Origin: Squalus acanthias
Lineage: Eukaryota
DNA: 64,000 nt
Assembly: GCA_030390025.1 (NCBI GenBank)
Contig: CM059432.1
Coordinates: 40,798,001 to 40,862,000, forward strand
Direction: 5' to 3'
Shown here: positions 10,573 to 23,885 of the stretch, piece by piece
How the letters are laid out: the number at the start of each line of letters is the position of its first letter
Position numbering within the stretch: position 1 is the stretch's first letter
Position numbers and translations under genes: made by a program
The notes under the pieces: model-generated
The model's database searches: none
What the model was told of the DNA's origin: nothing
What the model saw: the letters and a program-made list of their open reading frames with translations, nothing else

Positions 10573-11119
10573 CTGTCTTCATAACTCTAACTCCTCATTC
10601 TTATTCACATTCTAGTGAATCTATGTTACACTTTTCCATTTGCTTTTGTATCCTTCTATAAATCTGTGGTTTAAATTTAGCCCATTTTGTCACCTATTCC
10701 TCGGGTGTGCCTGTCACTGTCCTGGCTATTCACACGTTCATTGTTTTACTAATTTGTTTAATTTCTTTAATGCTTCTTCCTGTTGCTTGATTGTGATGAT
10801 CTTTTACATAATTTAACAATTATTCCACCAATACTTCTTTTCTGTGGTTGTTTTCTCCTTCCCCTTATCCCTTTACCTGATTCTATTAACATGCCTTTTC
10901 TGCTTTCATTTTTCGGAAATGCTGACTTGTCTGTTATTTCCACAGATGCTGACTGACCTGCTGTGAGTTTCCAGACCGTGCTTTTTTACTCAATTACTCT
11001 AGATACCAAGGCTTCTGTTTCCCTTTTATATAGCCTATCTATTGTGCTGCCACTTTAATGACCTGTGCATCTGCTTCTCCACTCCATTTAAAATGTTACC
11101 ATTTAAGCTCAGTGCCTGG

Positions 11120-11405
11120 AGAAGATCGAGGAAGGAGAGTTACTCGAACTACATCTCCAAAGTGATGAAGCAGGTTCACTCCGACACTGGCATCTCCTTT
11201 ACAGGCCATGAGCATCATGAACTCCTCTATGAATTATATTTTCGAGTGTATCGGGATGAATCTTCCTGTCTGGCCCATTACAAGTGCTCAACCATCATCT
11301 CCAGGGAGATCCAGACTGCCATCCAACTGCTGCTGCCCGGGGAGTTGGCCAAGCGTGCCATGTCAGAGGGGACAAAGGCATGACCAAGTACAGCTCCAAG
11401 TATAA
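11120..11405 (+). pseudogene. H2B: Histone H2B pseudogene fragment
   Basis: [26 protein letters not shown] / AMSIMNS / [31 protein letters not shown] / TKYSSK across frames; no N-terminal tail, several frameshifts. Confidence 0.93.
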
Positions 11406-11667
11406 ATCCACGATGTACTAGAAAAAACACACCGTGTAGTGCAATTGCTCAGTGAGCCTTTGGGGGAGTTAGTTTCTCCTCTTTACCATGAAGCTGCTCT
11501 TTCCAAAGCACATTTTTGTTTTCTTAATTTTTCACCCTGTATTTTCCCTATTTCACACAGTGAAACATGCTTATTACACACACATGTACACTTGCATACT
11601 GTTCACATAATTACACAATGCTGTCTGCTAAATTGCGTAGAACTTGTGCACAAACAAATCAGGTACT

Positions 11668-13052
11668 GTCACCACCCTTTCAAATCTGCCCTCATCACCT
11701 CTCTCCTCAAAAAACCCACCCTTGACCCCTCTATCCTTGCAAACTACCGCCCCATCTCCAACCTCCCTTTCATCTCCAAAGTCCTTTAACGTGCCGTTGC
11801 CTCCCAAATCCGTGCTCAATTTTCCCGGGACTCCATGTTTGAATCCCACCAATCAGATTTCCACCCCTGCCACAGTACTGAAACGGCCCTCATCAAAGTC
11901 ACAAATGATATGCTATATGACTGTAACTGTGGTAAACTATCCCTTCTCGTCCTTCTCAATCTGTCTGCAGCCTTTGACACGGTTGACCACACCATCCTCC
12001 TCCAGCGCCTCTCTGTCATTGAGCTGGGTGGGACTGCCCTCACCTGGTGCCATTCTTATCTATCCAGTCATAGCCAGAGAATCACCTGCAATAGCTTCTT
12101 GTCCCACTCCTGCATCGTTACCTCTGGAGTCTCCCAAGGAGGTATCCTTGACCCTCTCCAATTTCTCATCTACATGCTGCCCCTTGGCAACATGATCTGG
12201 TTCCAAATGCTGGCTGACGACCCAGCTTTACCTCACCCCCACCTCTCTCAACTCCTCCACTGTCTCTAATTTGTCACACTGCTTGTCCGACTTCTGGTAC
12301 TGGATGTACAGAAATTTCCTCCAACTAAATATTGGGAAGACTGAAGACATTGTTTTCGATCCCCACCGCAAACTCCATTCCCGAGCCAAGCTGAGCTTCC
12401 AACCACATATCTGCTCCATCACCAAGACTGCCTACTTCCACTTCCGTAACATTGCCTGACTCCGCCCCTGCCTCAGCTCATCTGCTACTGAAACCCTCAT
12501 CCATGCCTTTGTTAGCTCTAGACTTCACTATTCCAATGCTCTCCTGGCCAGCCTCCATAAACTTGAGCTCATCCAAAACTTTGCTGCCTGTAGCCTAACT
12601 CGCACCAACACCCCTGTGCTCACTGACCTAGATTAGCTCCCAGTCTGGCAACATCTCAATTTTAAAAATCTCATCCTAGTTTTCAAATCCATCCACGGTC
12701 CCGTCCCCTCCCTATCTCTGTAACCTCCTCCAGCCCCACAACCCTCCAAGATCTCTGCACTCCTCCAATTCTGGCCTCTTGCACATCCCCGGTTTTAATT
12801 GCTCCACCATTGGTGGCCGTGCCTTCAGCTGCCTAGGCCCTTGCTCTGGAAGTACTTCCCTAAAGCTCTCCACCTCTCTACACCTTTAAGATGCTCATTA
12901 AATCCTACCTCTTTGACCAAGCTTTTGGTCATCTGTCCGAATACCTCCTTATGTGGCTCGGTGTCAAATTTTGTTTGTTAAGGCTCCTGTGAAGCGCCTT
13001 GGGACGTTTTACTATATTAAAGGTGCTATATAAATTCATGTTGTTGTTATTG
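11668..13052 (+). mobile_element. L2 LINE, 5'-truncated and decayed
   Basis: LKKPTLDPSILANYRPISNLPFISKVL, HSTETALIKVTND, LSAAFDTVDH; tail AAGCGCCTTGGGACGTTTTAC...GCTATATAAAT plus (GTT)n. Confidence 0.92.
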
Positions 13053-14059
13053 TAAATGAGAAAATACCCACTTGGTAGGCACTTCCAAGTATAGGCATCA
13101 GCTTTTGATTTTTTGCACCAATTAACACTTGCACACAGGAAGTGGGCAATTAGTGGGCAAAATAACATTGATTTTTAACATACTATAGAAATGGTAGTGC
13201 AGGCCTGAAAGAGTTAAAAGATATTTATCTAACAGCTCTGTTTTTCTTTAATGTTACCTTCCACCATGTGTGGCCTCAGGGTACTTGGGAACACAGTTGG
13301 ACCTGTTTTTGAGGTGGGACGCTGTGTTCTCTTGGAATTTTCCCATTTTCAGGAGAACCAGCATCAATCAACGTTTGAAGTTTTCTTGAGGAAAGTGCAA
13401 CTGCATTAAATGTACAGAATTGTGTGCTTTTAAGGCTACACCTAATGCCTGTATGCAGTCACATTTTCAATTTGTATGCGGTTGCATTCCATTCCACAAG
13501 TGTAGAAAACCTTGCTTATCAACATTCACATACACCAGTTTGGCCGTGTAATGGAAAAGTAAAGGAGATCGTTATTTTGAGATAAACACATTCAAGCTGT
13601 CTTTGAATGCAGTCCAACATCACAAATCCAAAAGCAAGTGTTTCAAACAGACCAGTAATCCAATGTTCCCATGTCCATCAACATTATGGTCCTTTTTACT
13701 TGCATATATATATATATACATACTGTATATAAATAATATATATGTATAGTATTACAGTACTGTGCACATATTTACATTCTACAATTAATCTGGTACTGTA
13801 TATAAACAACAAAGACATTTTTTGTATTCTTGTAGTATACATATATTTTTGATTATTCTTCCAAACAAATCAGGAATCCACATGGTGTTTGGTCTCAACC
13901 AGTTAAAATTCAAGGCATTGGACTCGGTTCTGAAATTATTGCATCGAGATAGTACAATAAGTAGAGATGAAAAGAAAAACCACGAATTTGAAATACTAAT
14001 CAGGACTGAGATCAAATAGATTTTTGTTCGATAAGAGTATTAAAGGATAAAAATGGAGT

Positions 14060-16514
14060 AACAAATTAGTAACAATACTGTGGAGGAGGAATTCCTGGAG
14101 TGTATACGGGATGGTTTCCTGGACCAATATGTCGAGGAACCAACTAGAGATCAGGCCATCTTAGACTGGGTATTATGTAATGAGAAAGGATTAATTAGCA
14201 ATCTTGTTGTGCGAGGCGCCCCTTGGGTCGGAGCGATCATAATATGATAGAATTCTTCATTAAGATGGAGAGTGAAGTAGTTGACTCAGAGACTAGGGTC
14301 CTGAATTTAAATAAAGGAAACTACGATGGTATGAGGCGCGAGTTGGGTAGGATTGATTGGGGAATGTCACTCAAAGGGTTGACGGTGGATAGGCAATGGC
14401 AAACATTCAAAGATTGCATGAATGAACTATAGAATTTGTTCATCCCAGTTTGGCATAAAAATAAAACAAAAAAGGTGACTCAACCGTGGCTAACAAGGGA
14501 AATTAGGGATAGCATAAGATCCAAGGAGAGGACATATAAATTGACAAGAAAAAGCAGAAAACCTGAGGATTGGGAGCAGAATAGGATTCAGCAAAGAAGG
14601 ACAAAGGGATTAATTAAGAGGGGGAAAATAGAGTATGAGAGCAAGCTTTCAGGGAACATAAAAACTGACTGTAAAAGCTTTTATAGATATGTGAAGAGAA
14701 AAAGATTGGTGAAGTCAGGCGTAGGTCCCTTGCAGTCAGAATCAGGGGAATTTATAATGGGGAACAAAGAAATGGCAGACCAATTAAATACATACTTTGG
14801 TTCTGTCTTCACAAAGGAGGACACAAATAACCTCCCAGAGATGTCGGGGAACATAGGGTCTAATGAGAGGGAGGAACTGAAAGAAATCAGTATTTGTAGG
14901 GAAATAGTGTCAGGGAAATTGACGGGATTGAAGGCCGATAAATCCCCAGGGCCTGATAATCTACATCCTAGGGTACTTAAGGAAGTGGCCCGAGAAATAG
15001 TAGATGCATTGCTGGTCATCTTCCAAAATTCGATCGACTCTGGAACAGTACCCATGGATTGGAGGGTAGCTAATGTTACCCCACTATTCAAAAAAGGTGG
15101 CAGAGAGAAAACGGGGAATTATAGACCGGTAAGCCTGACATCGGTAGTGGGGAAAATGCTCGAGTCCATTATAAAAGATGTAATAGCAGAGCACTTGGAA
15201 AACAATGACAGGATCGGACAAAGTCAACATGGATTTACAAAAGGTAAATCGTACTTGACTAATCTACTGGAATTTTTTGAGGATGTAACTGGTAAAATAG
15301 ATAAGGGAGAACCAGTGGATGTGGTGTATTTGGACTTTCAGAAGGTTTTCGATAAGGTCCCGCATAAGAGATTAGCGTGTAAAATTAAAGCACATGGGAT
15401 TGGGGGCAAGGTATTGACTTGGATAGAGAACTGGTTGGCAGACAGAAAGCAAAGAGTCTTTTTCCGAGTGGCAGGCAGTGACTAGTGGGGTACCGCAGGG
15501 ATCAGTCCTAGGACCCCAGCTATTCACAATATATATTAATGATCTAGACGAGGGAATTGGATGTAATATCTCCAAGTTTGCAGATGACACAAAGCTGGGT
15601 GGGAGTGTATGCCATGAGGAGGATGCCGAGAAACTCCAGTATGATTTGGACAGGTTGGGTGATTGGGCAGAAGCATGGCAGATGCAATATAATGTGGATA
15701 AATGCGAGGTTATCCACTTTGGTGTCAAAAACAGGAAGGCAGATTATTATCTGAATGGCAATAGATTGGGAGAAGGGGAAGTGCAACGAGACCTGGGTGT
15801 CTTGTGCACCAGTCGCTGAAGGTAAGCATGCAGGCGCAGCAGGCGGTTAAGAAGGCAAATGGTATGTTGGCCTTCGTAGCGAAAGGATTCAAGTACAGGA
15901 GCAAGGATGTCTTGCTGCAGTTGTACAGGGCCTTGGTGAGACCACACCTTGAGTATTGTGTGCAGTTTTGGTCACCTTATCTGAGGAAGGATGTTCTTGC
16001 CATGGAGGGAGTGCAGCGAAGATTCACCAGGCTGATACCTGGGATGGCAGGAATGACGTATGAGGAGAGATTGGGTCGATTGGGCTTATACTCGCTGGAG
16101 TTTAGAAGAATGAGAGGGGATCTCATTGAAACTTATAAAATTCTAACAGGACTAGACAGACTAGATGCAGGAAGGATGTTCCCGATGGCCGGGGAGTCCA
16201 GAACCAGGGGTCACAGTCTAAGGATAAGGGGTAAGCCATTTAGGACTGAGATGAGGAGGAATTTCTTCATCCAGAGAGTGGTGAACCTGTGGAATTCTCT
16301 ACCACAGAAGGCAGTTGAGGCCAATTCATTAAATATATTCAAGAAGGAGTTAGATATATTTCTTAAAGCTAAAGGGATCAAGGGATATGGAGAGAAGGCA
16401 GGGACAGGGTACTGAATTTGGATGATCAGCCATGATCTCATTGAATGGCGGAGCAGGCTCGAGGGGCTGAATGGCCTACTCCTGCTCCTATCTTCTATGT
16501 TTCTATGTTTCTAT
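14060..16514 (+). mobile_element. CR1 LINE (HER1-like), most of ORF2 plus 3' tail
   Basis: GRSDHNMIEF, KSPGPDNLHPRVLKE, GNYRPVSLTS, YLDFQKVFDKVPH, KFADDTK, MRRNFF; ends in (TTCTATGT)n; few disablements; inserted into an older CR1 tail. Confidence 0.95.
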
Positions 16515-17304
16515 GAGTTGAGGTACAGATCTGCTATGATCTAATTGACTGGTGAAACGGGCTTGAAGGTCTGAATTGCCTACTCCTAATCCTATGTTCC
16601 CAACATTCACACACATGCACTCTTAGTAAAGGTCATTCAGTAGAGATCAGAAGCAGTCCTGGCTGATTGTTCCCTCTCTCGATTAGATAAACAATTGTTG
16701 GGTCAGAGGAAAAAGTAGTGAAATGGGATTAGAGTAGAAACTCTGATGTGGAGCTAGCACTAGGTCAGGAACAATGGGCCACATCACATCCTTCTCTGCT
16801 GATAATTATTTGATTCTAGCCCAGGGGTGCTGTCTTAGCTGAAATGAGCTTATTCACGATAGACCAGTGACGAAATGTGAAAGCTTCTTTTCTATGCGGC
16901 TCAGTATCACAGCATGTGGTAAACTTATCCGCTATGGTGTCAGTGGAAGCTCACACCTTTAAAGGTTGGAAATTTTAGACAATTCTTCTCCATCGAGCAG
17001 AGAAGGTTGAGAGGAGATTTGATAGAGGTGTTCAAACTCCTGAGGGGTCTAGACAGAGTAGATAGAGAGAAATTGTTCCCATTGGCGGAAGGGTCGAGAA
17101 CCAGAGGACACAGATTCAAGTCGTGTGACAAAACCATTAAATTGGCAGCAGACTTTAAAACAAATGCACGTTTTGTCTCCTCCAAAGACCTAGGGGGTAA
17201 CAGCACCACCAGCCAGTGTTACTGGGCCATGCAGACCAAAAGATCTTAGGTTTGATTCTGGTTGGTGCTGAGCTAACTGATCTCAGCTGAATTGATGGGT
17301 AAAT

Positions 17305-18110
17305 AAGAACATAAGAAATAGGAGCAGGAGTAGACCATTTGGCCCTTCGAGCCTGCTCCGCCATTTAATAAGATCATGGCTGATCTTCTACCTCATCTCC
17401 ACTTTCCTGTTACTATTCTTACTACTCTTTTTATAAGCCTCTTCCTTTGATCTAATACTATCTTTAACTTCTCTTGTTAGCCACGGTTGGACCACTTTTC
17501 CTGTGTGGTTTTTGTGCCTTAAAGGATTGCATATTTGTTGTAAATTATGTATTAATTCTTTAAATGCTAGCCATTGCTTGTCTACCATCATACCTTTCAA
17601 TGTAGTTTCCCAATCTACCATAGCCAACTCGCCCCTCATACCTACGTAGTTTGCTTTGTTTAGATTTAAGACTAGTTTCAGATTTAACAAAATCACTTCA
17701 AACTGAATATAAAATTCTATCATATTATGGTCACTCTTCCCTAAGGCCCCTTTACTACAAGGTTATTAATGAACCCTTTCTCATTGCACAATACTAGATC
17801 TAAAATAGCCTGTTCCCTAGTTGGTTCCTCAACATACTGATCTAGAAAACTATCTTGCATACATTCCACATTATTACTGCAAATTTGGTTTGCCCAGTCT
17901 ATATGTAGATTAAAGTCCCCCGTTATTACTGTATTACCCTTGTTACATGCACCTCTAATTTCCTGATTTATACTCTGCCCTACATTACAACTATGGTTTG
18001 GGGGCCTACAAACAACTCCCACCAATGTTTCATGCCCCTTGCTGTTTCTTAGCTCCACCCAAACGGATTCTACTACTTGATTTTCGGAGCTAAGATCCTT
18101 TCTCTCTAAA
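17305..18110 (-). mobile_element. CR1 LINE, internally deleted (3' tail joined to endonuclease region)
   Basis: Reverse tail AGAACATAAGAAATAGGAGCAGGAGTAG; VESVWVEL, GDFNLHIDW, EPTREQAILDLVL. Confidence 0.85.
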
Positions 18111-18681
18111 ATGGTAGCACCATTGCACTGCACGATCCAAGAGTGAGTGGAGTGAAAGGCAAAACTGGAGCACAACACTGTGTACTTCACTCACTGCCAG
18201 TATTTACCATCTGTACCAGAACAATACAAAACAAAAAGACACTCCCTCCAACCTAGACAAAAAGCAAACACAACCTATTCCTTTCAAAGCTGACTTAACT
18301 TACATAGGATCCTTGCTGATTTGCTCTGAAAACTTTCAGTAATATACCTAAACCTGTCGGTTCAAACAAATACTCCAGGCTAAAGTAACCCTATATTTAA
18401 TGTCGATAAGTACTGCTGTTTTAATATTTGATGTAATTAATACAATCTCTCATTACTATAGCCTTCTGGCAATGTAGATCACATTTAGTAGCTGCACAAA
18501 GGCTTTATTAAAATTATTTTTTTGTTAGAACCAGCCAACAAAAGGCACTATCACTATTTCAGTATATGAAGACCTTTTAATGAAGTACAATGGACTGGTT
18601 GCAAATACCTGTACAATGGAGGCAGCATTTTCAGCAGAGGGAAAAATATATATGGTAGTGTTTGTAGGGAGCTGGTTTATT

Positions 18682-19445
18682 GGGCCAGAAATTCGGCTCC
18701 CTGGCTTCCTGCGGGTGCAAGGATCGCATGCGCACCTACCTACCGTGCCTGCCGTTGACCTCTGGGCCCACGGGGACTTCAGCTCCTGGGCCTCCTGCAG
18801 CTGCCGGCGCGCAGTGCTTGTGTATCCCTGGGGCGTAGTTAGTGCGATGCGTCCCCTGGGATTACGTGGGCCATGGAGAGCCAATGGCAGCAGACCATCT
18901 TTCATTCATAGATTTGACAGGAAGACCTGTCAAATCTATGAATACAGATCGGCCCCAAAACATCCCTAAACTACAAATAAATTTTTAAAAAAGCATCACA
19001 TTTTTAAAATAACTATAAATTACATTAATTAACTATTTTAAACAAAAATTAAAATTTTTGAAAAAATTAATTAAATTTTTTAACGGGGCTAAAACTAAAC
19101 TTACCTTTCTTTAAAGTAATTAAAAAAGATAAATCTGTGAATTTTTTTTAAAATTTTAATAAAATCAACACTTACCTTGTTAAAAGAAGGCCTTGCGCAT
19201 CCTTTTTAAAAGTGTATCTTCTCCGTGCTGACCTTCACGGAGGAACCTGTAAAAAAATCCGAAGTGCAAGGCGAACGCGCTGGCCCTCCGGCGTGCGCGT
19301 TCGACCTCTGAACCCCTTTCCTCAGGGGAACGGAAGTGCCGGTTTCCCGCGCATGCGCAGTGCATGCAAGAAACCGGCACTTTCGTTCCGTCCACGGGTG
19401 AGTACACAGTGTGTACTCACCCGACAACAGACGAATTTCTGCCCC
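18682..19445. mobile_element. Non-autonomous TIR element (PIF/Harbinger-like MITE), family M1 copy 1
   Basis: GGGCCAGAAATTCG...CGAATTTCTGCCCC, flanked by ATT/ATT; co-linear copy at 30165-30927. Confidence 0.85.
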
Positions 19446-19549
19446 ATTATGTTTTGAGAAATGTGTTTTTCATGTCAATGGTGCACACTAAGGCAAACTG
19501 TGAGACACAAAAGAGTCCCATGTTGCAGGGGAATGGTATTGTCCTCATT

Positions 19550-20552
19550 TTTTTTTTATTCGTTGCTGGGATGTGGGCGTCGCTGGCAAGGCCAGCATTT
19601 ATTGCCCATCCCTAATTGCCCTTGAGAAGGTGGTGGTGAGCCGCCTTCTTGAACCACTGCAGTCCTTGTGGTGAAGGTACTCCCACAGTGCTGTTAGGGA
19701 GGGGGTTCCAGGATTTTGACCCAGCAACGATGAAGGATCGGCGATATACTTCCAAGTCAGGATGGTGTGTGACTTGGAGGGGAACTTGGAGGTGGTGGTG
19801 TTCCCATACGTCTGCTGCCCTTGTCTTTCTAGGTGGTAGAGGTCGTGATTTTGGGAGGTGCTGCCGAAGAAGCCTTGGTGAGTTGCTGCAGTGCATCTTG
19901 TAGATGGTACACACTGCAGCCACGGTACGCCGGTGGTGGAGGGAGTGAATGTTTAAGGTGGTGGATGGGGTAACAATCAAGCGAGCTGCTTTGTCCTGGA
20001 TGGTGTTGAGCTTCTTGAGTGTTGTTGGAGCTGCACTCATCCAGGCAAGTGGAGAGTATTCCATCACACTCCTGACTTGTGCCTTGTAAATGGTGGAAAG
20101 GCTTTGGGGAGTCAGGAGGTGAGTCACTTGCTGCAGAATACCCAGCCTCTGACCTGCTCATGTTGCCACAGTATTTATGTGGTTGGTCCACTTAAATTTC
20201 TGGTCAATGGTAACCCCCAGAATGTTGATGGTGGGGGATTCGGCGATGGTAATGCCGTTGAACGACAAGGGGCGGTTGTTAAACTCTCGCTTTTTGGAGA
20301 TAGTCATTGTCTGGCCCGTGTGTGGCGCGAATGTTACTTGCCACTTCTCAGCCCAAGCTGAATGTCGTCCAGGTCTTGTTGCATGCGGGAATGGACTGCT
20401 TCATTATCTGAGTGGTTGCGAATTGAACGGAACACTGTGCAATCATCAGCGAACATCCCCACTTCTGACCTTATGATGGAGGGAAGGTCATTGATGAAGC
20501 AGTTGAAGGTGGTTGGGCCTAGGACACTGCCCTGAGGAACTCCTGCAGCGAG
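19550..20552 (-). mobile_element. LINE family B, 5'-truncated
   Basis: Reverse complement of the 7910-8889 region including T-run and tail. Confidence 0.92.
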
Positions 20553-21907
20553 GTTACAAATGCATATTTAATCCCAGCACAAATACTACAACAACTTGCA
20601 TTTATATAGCACCTTTAACATAGTTAAACATCCCAAAGTGCTGCACAGGAGCGTTATCAAACAAAATCTGATCCAGGCAGACTGTTACATTTTTTGGTTT
20701 TACACTAGATGGTGTACTTGGGGTTGGTGCCACTGACCACTCCCATAAGAGGACTTTGCATCCTCAGCAACCCGGAGTGTCCCTTTACTTTCCTAATATC
20801 TAGCTAAATAGTAGAGAGACCCAAAGGTCAAACAGAGAACCCTTTCCAATAAACACTGGCTTCTCACCATGGGAACCCAACAGTCTTTCTCTTCTCTGCT
20901 ACATTTCATCCAGGAGTGTTCGAAGGTTGGTCTCATTGAAATTGTGTGTTCTTCTTTTCTCCCTCCTTACACCAATCACCACAAGGACTGCTGTGGTTCA
21001 AGGAGAAGGATACCTTAGGGCATCAAGGGATGGACAATAAATGTGACCTTCCACATCCAGAGAACAATTAAAAAAAAATGCCCTGTTCTTTGCTCAAGGT
21101 GCCTCTGCCAAGTCCTACACATGAAGACATGTTTTAAAAGTGCCACAAAATTATACATCAGCCATCTAATCCAGATACTTTACAGTCAACTCACTGGGCT
21201 GAATTTTCCGTGGTGGTAGCCGGTGTGATCGGTGGCGGGTCGGGTGGGAAAGTTATTATTTTTGACAGCGGGTCGGGAACCCACCGTCATCTCACTCCCA
21301 CGTGCCTTTCCCCCAGGCGCCTCTGTCATCATGCAGCTGACCCGACCTGCAGTAGCGGGGGACCCAATTGAAATCATTATAAGGTAGTTGACAGGCACTT
21401 AAGAGCCTCTTTCCCCTTACTTTTTAAGTTTCCCTGCATGGCCACGGGATTCATGCAGCTCGGGAACCATGTCTGTCAAACTGAGGCATGAGTTCCGTGG
21501 CCATTGCTTCAGCTGATTACTTGACAGCATGGAAAACAAACCAAAATAAAAACATGTTGATTACATCAACTAATTGATTGATGGAGATTCTGTTCTATTT
21601 GAAAAGCTACTGGTAAATGTTAATTCAGAAATTCCTGAGGGGATGTAAATGCTACCCTGGATGGTGAGGGAAATACATTTTTCACTGGCCATTCTCAGCT
21701 GTTGCCTTCCAACACAACAGTAATTGCAGTGAATTGATCTGCACTATAAAAAATGACATATACCATTTCAATAAATCTTTGTGTTGTTTCTGGTCAGGTT
21801 TTTTCTCACTGTATACTGTGATTGTCCAGTTACACATTAAATCAAGTCATCAACCGTAACAATTTCAATCTCATTATTTATTCCACTGGTTCAATTTGCT
21901 TTCAGTC

Positions 21908-23885
21908 CCATCAACATCCTGGGGGTCACCATTGACCAGAAACTTAACTGGGCCAGCCACATAAATACTGTGGCAACAAGAGCAGGTCAGAGGCTAGGTA
22001 TTCTGCGGCAAGTGTCTCACCTCCTGACTCCCCAAAGCCTTTCCACCATCTACAAGGCACAAGTCAGGAGTGTGATGGAATACTCTCCACTTGCCTGGAT
22101 GAGTGCAGCTCCAACAACACTCAAGAAGCTCAACACCATCCAGGACAAAGCAGCTCGCTTGATTGTTACCCCATCCACCACCTTAAACATTCACTCCCTC
22201 CACCACCGGCGTACCGTGGCTGCACTGTGTATCATCTACAAGATGCACTGCAACAACTCGCCAAGGCTTCTTCGGCAGCACCTCCCAAATCCGCGACCTC
22301 TTCCAACTAGAAGGACAAGGGCAGCAGACGCATGGAAACACCACCACCTCCAAGTTCCCCTCCAAGTCACACATCATCCTGACTTAGAAGTATATCGCCG
22401 ATCCTTCATTGTCGTTGGGTCAAAATCCTGGAACTCCCTCCCTAACAGCATTGTGGGAGTACCTTCACCACGCAAGTACCTTCACCATGCTTCACAACGA
22501 CATGCAAGCCGTGATCCTGACCAAAGGTTCCACCACAGACCCAATTCACATACGGACCGGGGTCAAGCAAGGCTGTGTCATCGCACCAACGCTCTTCTCG
22601 ATCTTCCTTGCTGCAATGCTCCATCTCACCATCAGTAAGCTCCCCGCTGGAGTGGAGCTAATTTACAGAACAAATGGGAAACTGTTCAACCTCCATCGCC
22701 TCCAGTCCAGATCCAAGGTCGTCCCATCCTCTGTCGTCGAATTACAGCATGCAGACGATGCTTGCATCTGCGCACACTCGGAGGTCGAACTCCAAACCAT
22801 TGTCAACACCTTCACCGAAGCGTACGAGAGCATAGGCTTTACACTAAACATTCGTAAGACAAAGGTCCTCTACCAACCTGCCCCCACCACACAGTACTGC
22901 CCCCCAATTATCAAAATCCACGACAAGGCCTTGGACAACGTGGACCATTTTCCATACCTCGGGAACCTACTGTCAACAAGGCAGACGTCGATGATGAGGT
23001 CCAACGCCGCCTTCAGTTTGCCAGTACAGCCTTTGGTCACCTGAGGAAGAGAGTGTTTGAAGACCAGGACCTCAAACCCGGCACCAAGCTCATGGGCTAC
23101 AGAGCAGTAGTGATACCTGCCCTCCTGTATGCCTCAGAGACATGGACCATGTACAGCAGGCACCTCAAAGCACTGGAGAGGTACCACCAACCCTGCCTTC
23201 ACAAGATCCTGCAAATCCATTGGCAGGATAGGCGCACCAATGTCAGTGTTCTCGGTCAGGCCAACATCCCCAGCATCAAAGCTTTGACCACGCTCGATCA
23301 GCTCCGATGGATGGGTCACATCGTCCGCATGCCCGATACGAGACTCCCAAAACAAGCGCTCTACTCGGAGCTCCGACACGGCAAGAGAGCCCCAGGTGGG
23401 CAGAGGAAATGCTTCAAGGACACCCTCAAAGCCTCCTTGAAAAAGTGCAACATCCCCACCGACACCTGGGAATCCCTGGCCCAAGACCGCACAAAGTGAA
23501 GGAGAAGCATCTGGGAAGGCGCCGAACTCCTCGAGTCTCTTCGCCGGGAGCAAGCGGAAGCCAAGCACAAGCAGCGCAAGGAGCGCACGTCAACCCAAGC
23601 ACCCCACCCACCCCTTCAACCACCATCTGCCCCACTTGTGACAGAGACTGTATGTCCCGCATTGGACTCATCAGTCACCTGAGAACTCATTTTTAATGTG
23701 GAAGCAAGTCATCCTTGGTTCCGAGGGCCTGCCTAAGAAGAGAAGAAGAGAGTACCTTCACCACACGGACTGCAGCAGTTCAAGAAGGTGGCTCACCACC
23801 ACCTTCTCAAGGGCAATTAGGGATGGGCAATAAATGCTGGCCTTGCCAGTGACGCCCACATCCCATAAACAAATTTAAAAAAAAT
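21908..23885 (+). mobile_element. LINE family B 3' part, split by RTE insertion
   Basis: Family-B sequence runs 21908-22471 and resumes at 23750 through the tail and A-run. Confidence 0.92.
22488..23749 (+). mobile_element. RTE-clade LINE, 5'-truncated
   Basis: GVKQGCVIAPTLF, LQHADD, FPYLG, LLYASETW, QLRWMGHIVRMPDTRLPKQALYSEL, CPTC...SHLRTH finger, AAG-rich tail, 15-bp TSD GAGTACCTTCACCAC. Confidence 0.93.

Noticed and set aside
13860..13900. MWIPDLF as a Cys-loop receptor WxPD motif
   Set aside because: No other receptor motifs or exons nearby; too short to support.
14436..16415. CR1 ORF2 as an active or domesticated gene
   Set aside because: Premature stop, frameshifts and 5' truncation.
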